The notes under the pieces were generated by a model. The model saw only the letters and a program-made list of their open reading frames with translations. It searched no databases and was not told where the DNA came from. Of a stretch of 64,000 nucleotides of DNA, positions 41,504 through 51,660 are shown one piece after another. The translations under genes were made by a program, and so were the position numbers. The first letter of the stretch is position 1. Each line of letters starts with the position of its first letter. The DNA is taken from contig JAAOMT010000144.1 of assembly GCA_016748015.1 (NCBI GenBank), positions 67,809 to 131,808 of the forward strand. The letters are read 5' to 3'. Source of the DNA: Geosiphon pyriformis uo1 (taxonomy: Eukaryota > Fungi > Glomeromycota).

Positions 41504-43180
41504 ATGTCGCAACCAGATGTTCGCGAAATCAGTCCGTTGATACAGTATCGACACAGTTACCCGACATATAGGACTTTACTTGATGATGATGATGCCATTA
41601 TGGCAAAATGCAAAAGGGGTTCCGAACCTTTCGATTACATTTCCTATTTCAACGATCAAACGGCAGAAGTTTCTTCACGCGAGCGAATAATATTATTCAT
41701 TGGTCTATGTTTGGCACTTTATTTGACGGCAATAGATCAAACCATTGTGGCAATCGCTCTTCCAAAAGTTTCCACGGCTTTTCACTCATTATCACATCTC
41801 TCCTGGGTCTCAACAGCGTATTTGCTAAGTTCAACCGCTGCCCAACCTATATTTGGTAAGTTGTCGGATATTTTTGGGCGAAAGTTGACGTTCCTGCTTG
41901 CCATAGACACCTATTTATTAGGGTCACTGCTTTCTGGCGCTTCACAAACCATGATCGTTTTGATTGCAAGTCGTGGTATTTCTGGAATTGGTAGCGGTGG
42001 AATCTTATCGTTGTCTAATATTATCTTGTCAGACATTATTCCAATGCGTGAGCGAGCAAAGTTCCAAGGAATTATTGGCGGTAAATTTGCAATCACTTCG
42101 GTCATTGGGCCATTGATTTGCGGAGTTTTGACAGATCACGTCGGATGGAGATGGGCTTTTTGGTTAAATATCCCAATTGGATTTGTTTCAACTTGGATTA
42201 CTGTGAATTTTTTAAACTTGCCCCATGTTTATGGTTCCCTACAAGAAAAATTGATGCGAATTGATTTTCGGGGTACATTTGTATTTGTACTAGCCATTTT
42301 TTCAATCTTATTACCTTTGAATTGGGGTGGTATGAAATACGAGTGGAATTCACCATTAATTATCTCACTCTTTTCCTTTGCCGCATTATGCATTCTGATC
42401 TTCATTTTCATCGAATCCAGAATTGCTTTCGAACCAATAATCGCCATTCGTATTTTTAAGATCTGGAATCCAGTGATCATCTTTATTTGTAACTTTTTAA
42501 TTGGAATCACTTTTTTTGGAATTGCATTTTATTGGCCACTTTTCTTTCAAGCTATCAGAAGCGAAAAGAAGATGGATACGGCTTTTCGAATAGTTCCATT
42601 GACCGTTGGATTAGTGAGCTTTTCTGTGTGTTCCGGTTTTGCCACGACGATTACTGGACATTATCGACCATTCCTAACCTTTGGTTATTCAATGGTTACC
42701 ATTGGAGCCTTATTGCTAAGCACCATCAAAGAAACTTCAAATGATGCACTAGCGTTCACTTTTATTTTAACTGCGGGTGCTGGATTTGGATCATCAATAC
42801 AAACGGCTCTTCTTGCTGCGCAAACATCCGTTGCGTTTAAGGATATCGCCGTGGTGACCTCTCTAACTACATTCTTTCGATCAATTGGTGGGATTTTTGG
42901 TGTCGCCATTTGTAGCTCGGCTTTCAATCATTTCTTGGCACAACATTTAGTCGGATTATTGCCTCCGGGTATTGAACTTGGAAAAGTGATGAATTCCATT
43001 GCTTACGTGAAGACTTTGCCGTTGGATATTCAGCAGCCCATAATTCACGCTTACGTACAGGCCTTGAATTTTGTGTTCCTTTTGATAGCACCTGCTGCTG
43101 CTCTTGCGGCATTTTTAAGTTTGTTTCTTAAACATGTCCCATTACGAACAACGTTAGGTCCGAGGGCTGACGAAACATAA
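41504..43180 (+). CDS. MFS DHA2 (14-TMS) transporter, intronless, 558 aa; paralog 2
   Basis: LTAIDQTIVAIALP, GKLSDIFGRK, IPMRERAKFQG, WRWAFWLNIPIG; colinear with 21075-22733. Confidence 0.95.
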   Translation: MSQPDVREISPLIQYRHSYPTYRTLLDDDDAIMAKCKRGSEPFDYISYFNDQTAEVSSRERIILFIGLCLALYLTAIDQTIVAIALPKVSTAFHSLSHLSWVSTAYLLSSTAAQPIFGKLSDIFGRKLTFLLAIDTYLLGSLLSGASQTMIVLIASRGISGIGSGGILSLSNIILSDIIPMRERAKFQGIIGGKFAITSVIGPLICGVLTDHVGWRWAFWLNIPIGFVSTWITVNFLNLPHVYGSLQEKLMRIDFRGTFVFVLAIFSILLPLNWGGMKYEWNSPLIISLFSFAALCILIFIFIESRIAFEPIIAIRIFKIWNPVIIFICNFLIGITFFGIAFYWPLFFQAIRSEKKMDTAFRIVPLTVGLVSFSVCSGFATTITGHYRPFLTFGYSMVTIGALLLSTIKETSNDALAFTFILTAGAGFGSSIQTALLAAQTSVAFKDIAVVTSLTTFFRSIGGIFGVAICSSAFNHFLAQHLVGLLPPGIELGKVMNSIAYVKTLPLDIQQPIIHAYVQALNFVFLLIAPAAALAAFLSLFLKHVPLRTTLGPRADET

Positions 43181-44437
43181 TAATAACCGATAAAGGAAAA
43201 GATGTATCATAAAAAGGTGGATGTACAGATGGCGAACCTTTGTTTTTTTGTTCGAACAATCATTTCAAACATTTACAAACAATTATGTTACGTTCTTTTT
43301 CTTGTGAACATTATAATTTAGCTAGAATATAGTGAATAAAATCAATGAATAGTTTTTGGGATCTACAAATATTAAGTATTTCCTTTTGGACGCCAAAATC
43401 AAAAATGGATTGTAAATAAAACAATATTTAATTTTCAATTTCCACAATCAATTAATTTATTGATGGTGGAGATTCATTAAACCAGTTTAGGCTTCGCCGC
43501 TGTTCATCAACTAATCGAAAGTCTAACTTTACTTCCGAAATTGGAGCTTATTATATGAATGTACAGCACGATTAAAAGACATTTTTTTGCCCACCAGTTT
43601 TGTTCAAAACGTGAAACAGAAATATTATTTATTATTTATTATTTATTAGTTAATGAATTTGGGGTCTTGATTTAAGTTAGAGACCAAAGTACAAAATTAC
43701 CAATTTGTCAACATATTGAATTTTAGAGAGATTATTAAAAATTTAAAACCTTTTACTCTTGTTATTTCTAAATTTTCAAACTCTATTTTTCTGATTTCCA
43801 GTATGGAACGAATATCATTCATTACGAAGCTTTGAAGAATCTTTTTAGAAGGATTTTTATGCATGGTTACTCTTATTAAAAATGAAAGTTTGTTTAGCTT
43901 AGAATTAGTAACCTCCTCCTATGGGAAAGTTCGATTTTTTGGCAATATTTTTATCATTTGGTAGTTTTTGTTGATGAATATCTTGTATATCATAACCTGT
44001 AATTTTAAAAAAAACTCCGTAAACAATTTATTACTCAAAACAAAAAAAACAAGGCTGTATTTTTTTCATTGTATGCAAAGCTTGAATTAATGATGAAACT
44101 TGGACTATTTTTCTAAAGCGAGAAAAAGATGAAAGATCAAAATTATTTATTTACTACCCACATGATACGCATGTTGTATTTTTGTTTTTCTCATTGTCAT
44201 ATAATGGAACACCACCTGAAACCATTATTAAAAAGTATACTTGCTCTTACAGTCCCTAAAGTTGCTAGCTTGGAAAGAGGCAAGTTATTTTAATTAAAAA
44301 GACGAAAATAAATTTTTACAACTAATATTATGGCATGTTTCCATTTTATTATGTAACATAATCTTATATATTAAATGTATCTTTTTGGTACTTGAAAGAG
44401 CTAAAAAGATTTATTTAAAAATTGTAATCTGTTAAAA

Positions 44438-44439
<2 letters not shown>

Positions 44440-44476
<37 letters not shown>

Positions 44477-44497
44477 TTGTTATTATTACTTGTTATT
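44440..44497 (+). repeat. (TTA)n microsatellite with degenerate extension
   Basis: Run of tta units followed by cttgttatta repeats. Confidence 0.8.
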
Positions 44498-44522
44498 TTT
44501 AACTAACTTTGTTAAAATTGAT

Positions 44523-44700
44523 TATTATTTTTTATTTTTATTGCTTAACAAAGTGTGGTCCAACCATTATCCATGTACATAAAATTAAAACATCTTATAA
44601 TAAACACAGCTTATTTTTTTTCTGCGCATGACCAGTTATCTGAGCCAGTGAAGACAACACTGCGCACTATTTAAAAAATTTTACCATACGCATAGATTCT
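44523..44700 (-). mobile_element. Relic LINE 3' UTR and A-rich tail (third copy)
   Basis: The reverse complement gtcttcactggctcagataactggtcatgcgcag...tatgtacatggataatggttggaccacac...aataaaaataaaaa aligns with the LINE 3' UTR at 38177-38310. Confidence 0.7.
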
Positions 44701-47700
44701 GTCAAACATCTTATGAACACATAAATAAAAACTCAGCCCGCTAAAATGACCGGAATAATTCAGATAATTTATTCTAAGTATAACTTTATCTTCTAAAATA
44801 ATGATATATAATTTACCAACTGCATTGCAATCAACCATTTCAAACTTTTTTCATGTTTTACTCTCATCTTGATTATTAACAAATGTAAAAATTCTATAAT
44901 TTTTTTGACAACCAATTTAAAAAATCTGAAATTTCTTAAAGCTTTGCTATCCTAATTTTTTAACACAAAATTCTTTATTAGGACTATGTAAAGCTATTTT
45001 ATAAAGATTAAATTAGCATTTCGAAATAAGAACTCAAAATTATTGAAAGATTATAAGACCCCAAAAACACTAATTACAGAATTAGCTCATATCTTTATAT
45101 TTATAAATAATATTCAGTTTAATATTCATATTTGTAGCACAAATAAATACATAATTTAATAATTTGACTTTTTTACATTTAATATATGCAGACCTTAAGT
45201 ATTTAATATTATATACTTTCTTTTGAATTATAACTAATAGTTTACAATACAGTATTTTACTATATAAATATAAAAAACTGCTTTATATGTATTATTAGTA
45301 CTGGTTTTTATGTATAAATTAAAATATTATTCTAGAATTTTCTGTGCTAGTCTATATTTTTAAATAAAGTTTTAGTAAAATACTTTTTTGAATATCTTAT
45401 TTTTTATTAAACATAATTAATCATATTATAAACATAATAAATAAATTAATGAGCATTATTAAAAGTAAAAATGCTATTATAACTTTTAAGAAATCTTTTC
45501 AATATTCCATATAATAGTGTTTATTTAAAAAATAAAGTTATATTAATACTTAGTTTATTATTGTTCAAAACTTCTAGATAACTTTTTAATTTAATTAAAT
45601 TAACAATTAGATTTTTTTTCAAGATTTTTTTAATAATCTTGTATTTTTTAATTAATATTTATTGCAAAATTTTGGTCTTTTAATTCTTGTTTTCTTTAAT
45701 AATGTATTTTAATATTAGTATTATGGCATATTATTTTTTACTTAAATTATTTTTATTTTCTAATTTTATTATTATCGTCTTATTCAAATTAAATTATCAT
45801 TATAATAATTTAAAATGATTTTTATGTTAAATTATAATTTATACAGAATATTTTTTATTTAAAAAAATTTTATTAAATTTAAAATTTTAAATGTTTTTAA
45901 ATTTAAATTTAATATAAAATATTAATAATTAAGCTTGTAAATAGTTGTTTGAAAAAATTTAATTTTTTCAATGTTAAAAACAATAGTTTTTTTTAATTAA
46001 TGTATATTGTTTAAAAATTTTTCTAAAAAATATTGCTCTTGAAAACTATTTTTACAATTAATTAAAATATAGTTGCATTTCAAAATAATGTATCTAATAT
46101 AAATTAAGCTTAAGAAATATTTTAAAATTAATTAAATATCAAGAAAAAAAATAAAAAATTTAAAAATAGATAATTAAAAATTTTTTAATAATTATGTTTA
46201 TTTAAAAAGATATTATTATAAAATTATAAATTTCTAAATTATTTAAAAATCTAAATAACTTTTTAAACCTTTTAAAATTTCTATAATTTTTTAAACTTTT
46301 AAGAATGTAAAATAATGTTAAAATAATTCTGTTTGTTTTTAACAGATGATAATATTTATAATATTTAAAATGACTTGAAAATAATTAATGTTAAAAATTT
46401 TTATTTAATTATATAGTAAAAAATTTCAATTTTTTTTGGTTTTTAAACTTTAAAAAAGTTATATGAAATAATTTAATTTTAACTTACATATTTTTATTTT
46501 TACAATATTTATTTTGAATTTATTAATAAAAACTAGGTTTAAATATAAATATTCAATTAAATTTTTTTAAAATTTATTTAATGAATATAATCCAATTATT
46601 ATCTAATACAATATAACAACCAAATATTTAAAATTAAACATAAATTATAAATAATCAGTTACTTAAACCAATTAAGACAATATTATGTATTTATTTCAAT
46701 AATAATATAACTATTCAAATCTGGGAAAAATAAGCAAAGCTTATATGTTTCATAAACAATATTAAAAGTTTTAACAACATTAAATAAATAAATATTATTA
46801 TTAAATAAAATTATTAGTAAACCATTGATAAATTTAAATATAATAAAATTATTACATATTAAATTATTTTTTTTATATTAATCTTATATTTAAACTTATA
46901 TAATTATATACTATTATAGTAATTAATTATTAAATATTAGATAGTTTAACCAGTTTAAAAATTAAAGATATTATAAACAATTAATCTTTAAAAATAAAGT
47001 TTTTATTTAAAATTATATAAATATTAATATTAATTATATTAAAAAACAATATCTGTAATATTAATAATAATAAAATACACATATTAATTAAAAATATTTA
47101 ATAAGCAATATAAACATTTAACAATTTTTTGTATAATATATTAATAATAATATATATAAATAATTAATTAAATAATTTTATCTTATTATAATATAAATAT
47201 AAAATACTTAAATATAAATAATTATATAATTTTTATAATATATATATGCAAACAAATTATTAATTTTTTTGTAAATTTAAAAATTATATAAAATTTAAGA
47301 TATTAAATTATAATAATACAAACTTAATTTATAATATTAATTATATTTATATTAATAATATTAACATAAAAATTAGTTTTCTAATATATATATAATAAAT
47401 TAATTTATAAATATTATAAACAAAGTATTTAATATTGTCAAATATTATTATATTATAAGTTTTAATAAATACCAAAAAAAAATATAATATTATTAATAAA
47501 TATATTTATATATTTATTTTCAAAATTCTTTAAATGGCTTTTAATCTTAAACTAAATAATACTTAAATTGTTTTTCTTAATAATATTAAATATGTAGTAT
47601 TTTTTTAATTAACAATAATTATAAAAGTCTAATAACAACAGATTTTCTTTAAAAATATAAATATTCAAAGAAATTTAATTGTTTAAATTAATCAAAACAC

Positions 47701-48087
47701 TACTAAAAAGCAGAATATATTTAAAAGCTAAAATAATTGTTTACAATTTAGTTATTGTTGATAAAATTAAACCCAAAATATTATTACCAATTTCTAATTT
47801 ATAATTTGCAAAAAATGTAAATATACTGCTTATTACTTTAATAAATAAAGCAAAAAAAATATATTTAATTATATTTTTCTCTTTTTTTTTTATTTTTATT
47901 ACAGGTTTTACGAATGAAGTCCAACTGCTATCTAGTACATAGAACCAAACTAAGTGGAACTAACTAAATGCAGCTCACGCACAGACTACATGTGGTCAGC
48001 CACTCAGGCCAAACAAGGCAACATTATGCACTTATGTTGACAAAAGCACTACCATCCAAACCAGAGAAAAATTGACACAATTTGTGT

Positions 48088-49093
48088 TGTTATCTGAGTA
48101 GAAAAACTGATCCAAAGTTATGAAGAAACATGACCAAAATGTGACATAACACAGAATAGCACGCAATAATGTTGGATAACACGTTATAACTTAGAATAAT
48201 GCAGAATAATGCATTATAATATAGGATAACATATAATAACACCAGATAACATATTATAACATAGAATAACTAGTAATAACATAGAAAAACGAAGCAATTA
48301 CAGAAATAGCAAAGCAATAGTTAGCAATAACAAAACAATTAGAAGTAATCCTATAGAACAAAAAGAATGTATAAAATGAGTAGCTATAGAAGTTAGAAAG
48401 ACATCCAGAGAGAAAATTAGACTTTCAGAAGTCAATTAAACTCTCAGAGTCAATTAGACTTGCAGGTTATAATTATTAAATACTCCTCCTTTCAAAGATA
48501 GTTGCTATCAACTAAAATGGAATTATATCAATAAAATATCTTTTTAATTCTTCAAATCTATGTTATTATCCATTACTTAATCTACTGGCACAATAGCTCT
48601 TAATCACGGCTATTGACAAAACACTTATTTCTTATTTTTATTTTTTTTATTTTTTTTATTTTCTTTTATTTTCTTTTATTTTTTTTTATTTTTTATTTTT
48701 TTTCTCTTTTAGAGTGGCAACATAAGAAAATTGACTGTTTGGGAATAGACTTCATGATAGTCTGGTAAAAGAGGGAGGCTCCCCCTAGGTTTTAGATATT
48801 AACATTATCTTAATAGCTTACCAGAAAGGCGAAAAGATAATGTCAAACCCTAACAACTGCACTCGTTAGCTCGGAGAAAAAAGCTCATATTTACAGAAAA
48901 CGTTGCAATCGACGAAAAACAAACTCTGTGCCTTATAACCAAAAAACTCAATGGGTAAATTCACATTCAGGAATAGACCTTCAGAGACTGATAATCAAGA
49001 CTAAGCCAACAGAATTATACAGAAGACGCATCCCCAATAATTGAGAGCACCAAATGTTACCAGTTCCATTACCCACCAAGTTTATCCATAACA
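48088..49093 (+). repeat. 5' LTR
   Basis: Direct repeat of 50644-51660; contains a 10-nt ATAAC-core subrepeat array at about 48145-48290 and a T-rich tract. Confidence 0.92.
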
Positions 49094-49095
49094 TT

Positions 49096-49113
49096 TGGTG
49101 CTCCCTGTGAGGT
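49096..49113 (+). other. Primer-binding site, complementary to a tRNA 3' end resembling elongator tRNA-Met
   Basis: TGGTGCTCCCTGTGAGGT lies 2 nt after the LTR; its reverse complement is ACCTCACAGGGAGCA-CCA. Confidence 0.75.
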
Positions 49114-49224
49114 TATAAAATCCACAGAAACAGAGTGCTCCAAAAATTCACAAAAGTGAAAGACCAAGAGAAAACAACAGAAAAATCACTTAGGATTCAC
49201 AAAATCCTTATTTTAGCATTTCCT

Positions 49225-50040
49225 TTAAAAAACTCGTTAAATTAAAACTCTGATTATTCAAAATCTGATCATTAAAACCCTGAACATTCGCAACTTACCT
49301 TTGATAAATTCGTTAAAAAAAAATTGTTAAAATTAAAAACTCCGATTATTCAAAACCTGATCATTAAAACCCCAAACATTCAAAACTTACCTTTAATAAA
49401 TTCATTAAAAACTCATTAAATTAAAACTCCGATTATTCAAGACCCGATCATTAAAAACCCAAACATTCAAAAACTACCATTAATAAACTCGTTAAAACTT
49501 GTCAAATTAAAACTCTGATTATTCAAAACCCGATCATTAAAATCCCGAACATTCGCAACTTACCTTTGATAAATTTGTTAAAAAAAAATTATTAAAATTA
49601 AAACTCCGATTATTCAAGACCTGATTGTTAAAACTCCAAACATTCAAAACCTGATAATTCCAACCCCGCTATTGTATAAAAAACTTACCTTCGATAAACT
49701 TGTTAAATTAAAAACTCTGAAAATTATTCGAAACCTGATAATTCTAACCCTGCTATTGTATAAAGAAACTTACCTTTAATAAAACTTGTTAAAACTCTGA
49801 TTCTTCAAGACCCGATAGTTCAAAACCTGAACATTTGAAACCCGATAAATTCCAATCCCACTAGTATAGAAAAAAACTTACCTTCGGTAAAATTCGTTAA
49901 AATTAAAACTCTGACCCGATCATTCAAAACCCAAATATTCAAAACCCGATAAGTCTAACTCCGCTATTGTACAAGGAAACTTACCTCAGATAAAACCCAT
50001 CAAACCTCTAGAAATTCAAAACTCCGATTATTTAAAGACC
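49225..50040 (+). repeat. Degenerate tandem array (about 75-120 bp units) inside the LTR element
   Basis: Recurring aaaactc(c/t)gattattcaa(a/g)acc(c/t)gatcattaaaacc..aacattc..aacttacctt..ataaa, about 9 copies. Confidence 0.85.
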
Positions 50041-50441
50041 CATTGGAAAAATTCCAGAAAAAAAACTACCCAGATTCATACTTATCTGTGCAAAGACTGC
50101 CTTTTTTTGTGCCAAAAGTCAGTGTTGAGAAAAAAATTTGAGAATCAGCAGTACCAAAATTGATCAACAAATTATTAAACTTACTTGATGGCCCCGAGTC
50201 ACAATCCACTTCCACGCATCATATATTTGAACTCCGAAGAAGATGAGCCAATCAGCGAAAATTGGAATCAGAACTTAATCCCGATTCAAACTCTACTAAT
50301 GACGATGATGACAATTCAAACTCCACCAACAATGACAACAATGATTCAAACTCTGCTTCAAATACCAAACAATATATCATGCTTCTAGATTTTACAATGG
50401 AGCAGAAATTAACTCAATTCAGTGATAATAATGAGAGCATT

Positions 50442-50583
50442 ATGGCTGAACGTGTGCATAATACGAATGCAGAATTTGAAATTAGATATCTTGGACAGAC
50501 CACTATAGTTTTAAAAAAAAAAAAACACCATTCATGTACCAAAATAGATTTAATAATAACAATAGAAATTATGGCAACAACAT
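50442..50583 (+). pseudogene. dUTPase N-terminal remnant in the LTR element
   Basis: MAERVHNTNAEFEIRY...CTKIDLIITIEI resembles the trimeric dUTPase start (P.RAH.TDAGFDL; motif 1 AGxDL), with D>N and G>E changes explicable by G>A. It is truncated before motifs 2-5. Confidence 0.5.
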
Positions 50584-50643
50584 TGAGACAAAAGAGAAAT
50601 TTAGAAGATTTCGCAGGAGCTCAATTCTAAAAGAGAGGGATAA

Positions 50644-51660
50644 TGTTACCCGAGTAGAAAAACCGATCCAAAGTTATGAAGAAATGTGACCAAAACATAA
50701 CATAACACAGAATAGCATGCAATAACGTTGAATAATACATTATAACTTAGAATAACACAGAATAACGTGTTATAACATAGGATAACACAAAATAACATAT
50801 AATAACACCAGATAACATATTATAACATAGGATAACTAGTAATAACATAGAAAAATGAAGCAATTACAGAAATAGCAAAGCAATAGTTAGCAATAATAGA
50901 ACAATTAGAAATAATCCTGTAGAGCAAAAAAAATGTATAAAATGAGTAGCTGTAGAAGTTAGAAAGACATCCAGAAAGAAAATTAGACTTTCAGAAGTCA
51001 ATTAAACTCTCAGAGTCAATTAGACTCACAGGTTATAATTATTAAATACTCTTCCTTTCAAAGATAGTTGCTATTAACTGAAATAGAATTATATCAATAA
51101 AATATTCCTTTAATTCTTCAAATCCATGTTATTATCCACTACTTAACCTGCTGGCACAATAGCTCTTGATCATGACTATTAACAAGACACTTATTTCTTA
51201 TTTTTATTTTCTTTATTTTCTTTATTTTCTTTTATTTTCTTTTATTTTCTTTTATTTTTTTTCTTTTTTTCTCTTGTGGAGTGACAACATAGAAAAATTG
51301 ACTGTCTGGAAATAGACTTCATAATAGCCTGGTAAAAGAAGAAGGCTCTCCCTAGGTTTTAGATATTAATATTATCTTGATAGCTTACCAGAAGGGTGAA
51401 AAAACAACACCAGACCCTAATAACTGCACTCATTAGCTCGAAGAAGAAAGCTTACATTTATGGAAAATGTTGTAATCGACGAAAAACAAACTCTGTGCCT
51501 TATAACCAAAGAACTCAATAGGTAAATTCACATCCAGGAATAGACTTTCAGAGACTGATAACCAAGACTAAGCCAACAAAATTATGTAGAAGACGCATTC
51601 TCAATAATTGAGAGCACCAAATGTTACCAGTTCTATTATCTACCAAATTTATCTGTAATA
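50644..51660 (+). repeat. 3' LTR
   Basis: Direct repeat of 48088-49093, preceded by the polypurine tract AAAAGAGAGGGA. Confidence 0.92.

Larger units (their letters stand above)
48088..51660 (+). mobile_element. Non-autonomous LTR retrotransposon (about 1-kb LTRs, about 1.55-kb internal region) inserted in LINE copy 2
   Basis: LTRs at 48088-49093 (TGTTA..TAACA) and 50644-51660 (TGTTA..TAATA). PBS at 49096, polypurine tract at 50629-50640. The 4-bp target duplication is GTGT/GTAT; removing the element restores the LINE ORF2 frame (FGRHKLCQFFSGLDG..ISA*). Confidence 0.92.

Noticed and set aside
49225-50040. CRISPR-like repeat array
   Set aside because: There are no unique spacers, the units are degenerate and contiguous, the array lies inside a eukaryotic LTR element, and no cas genes are present.
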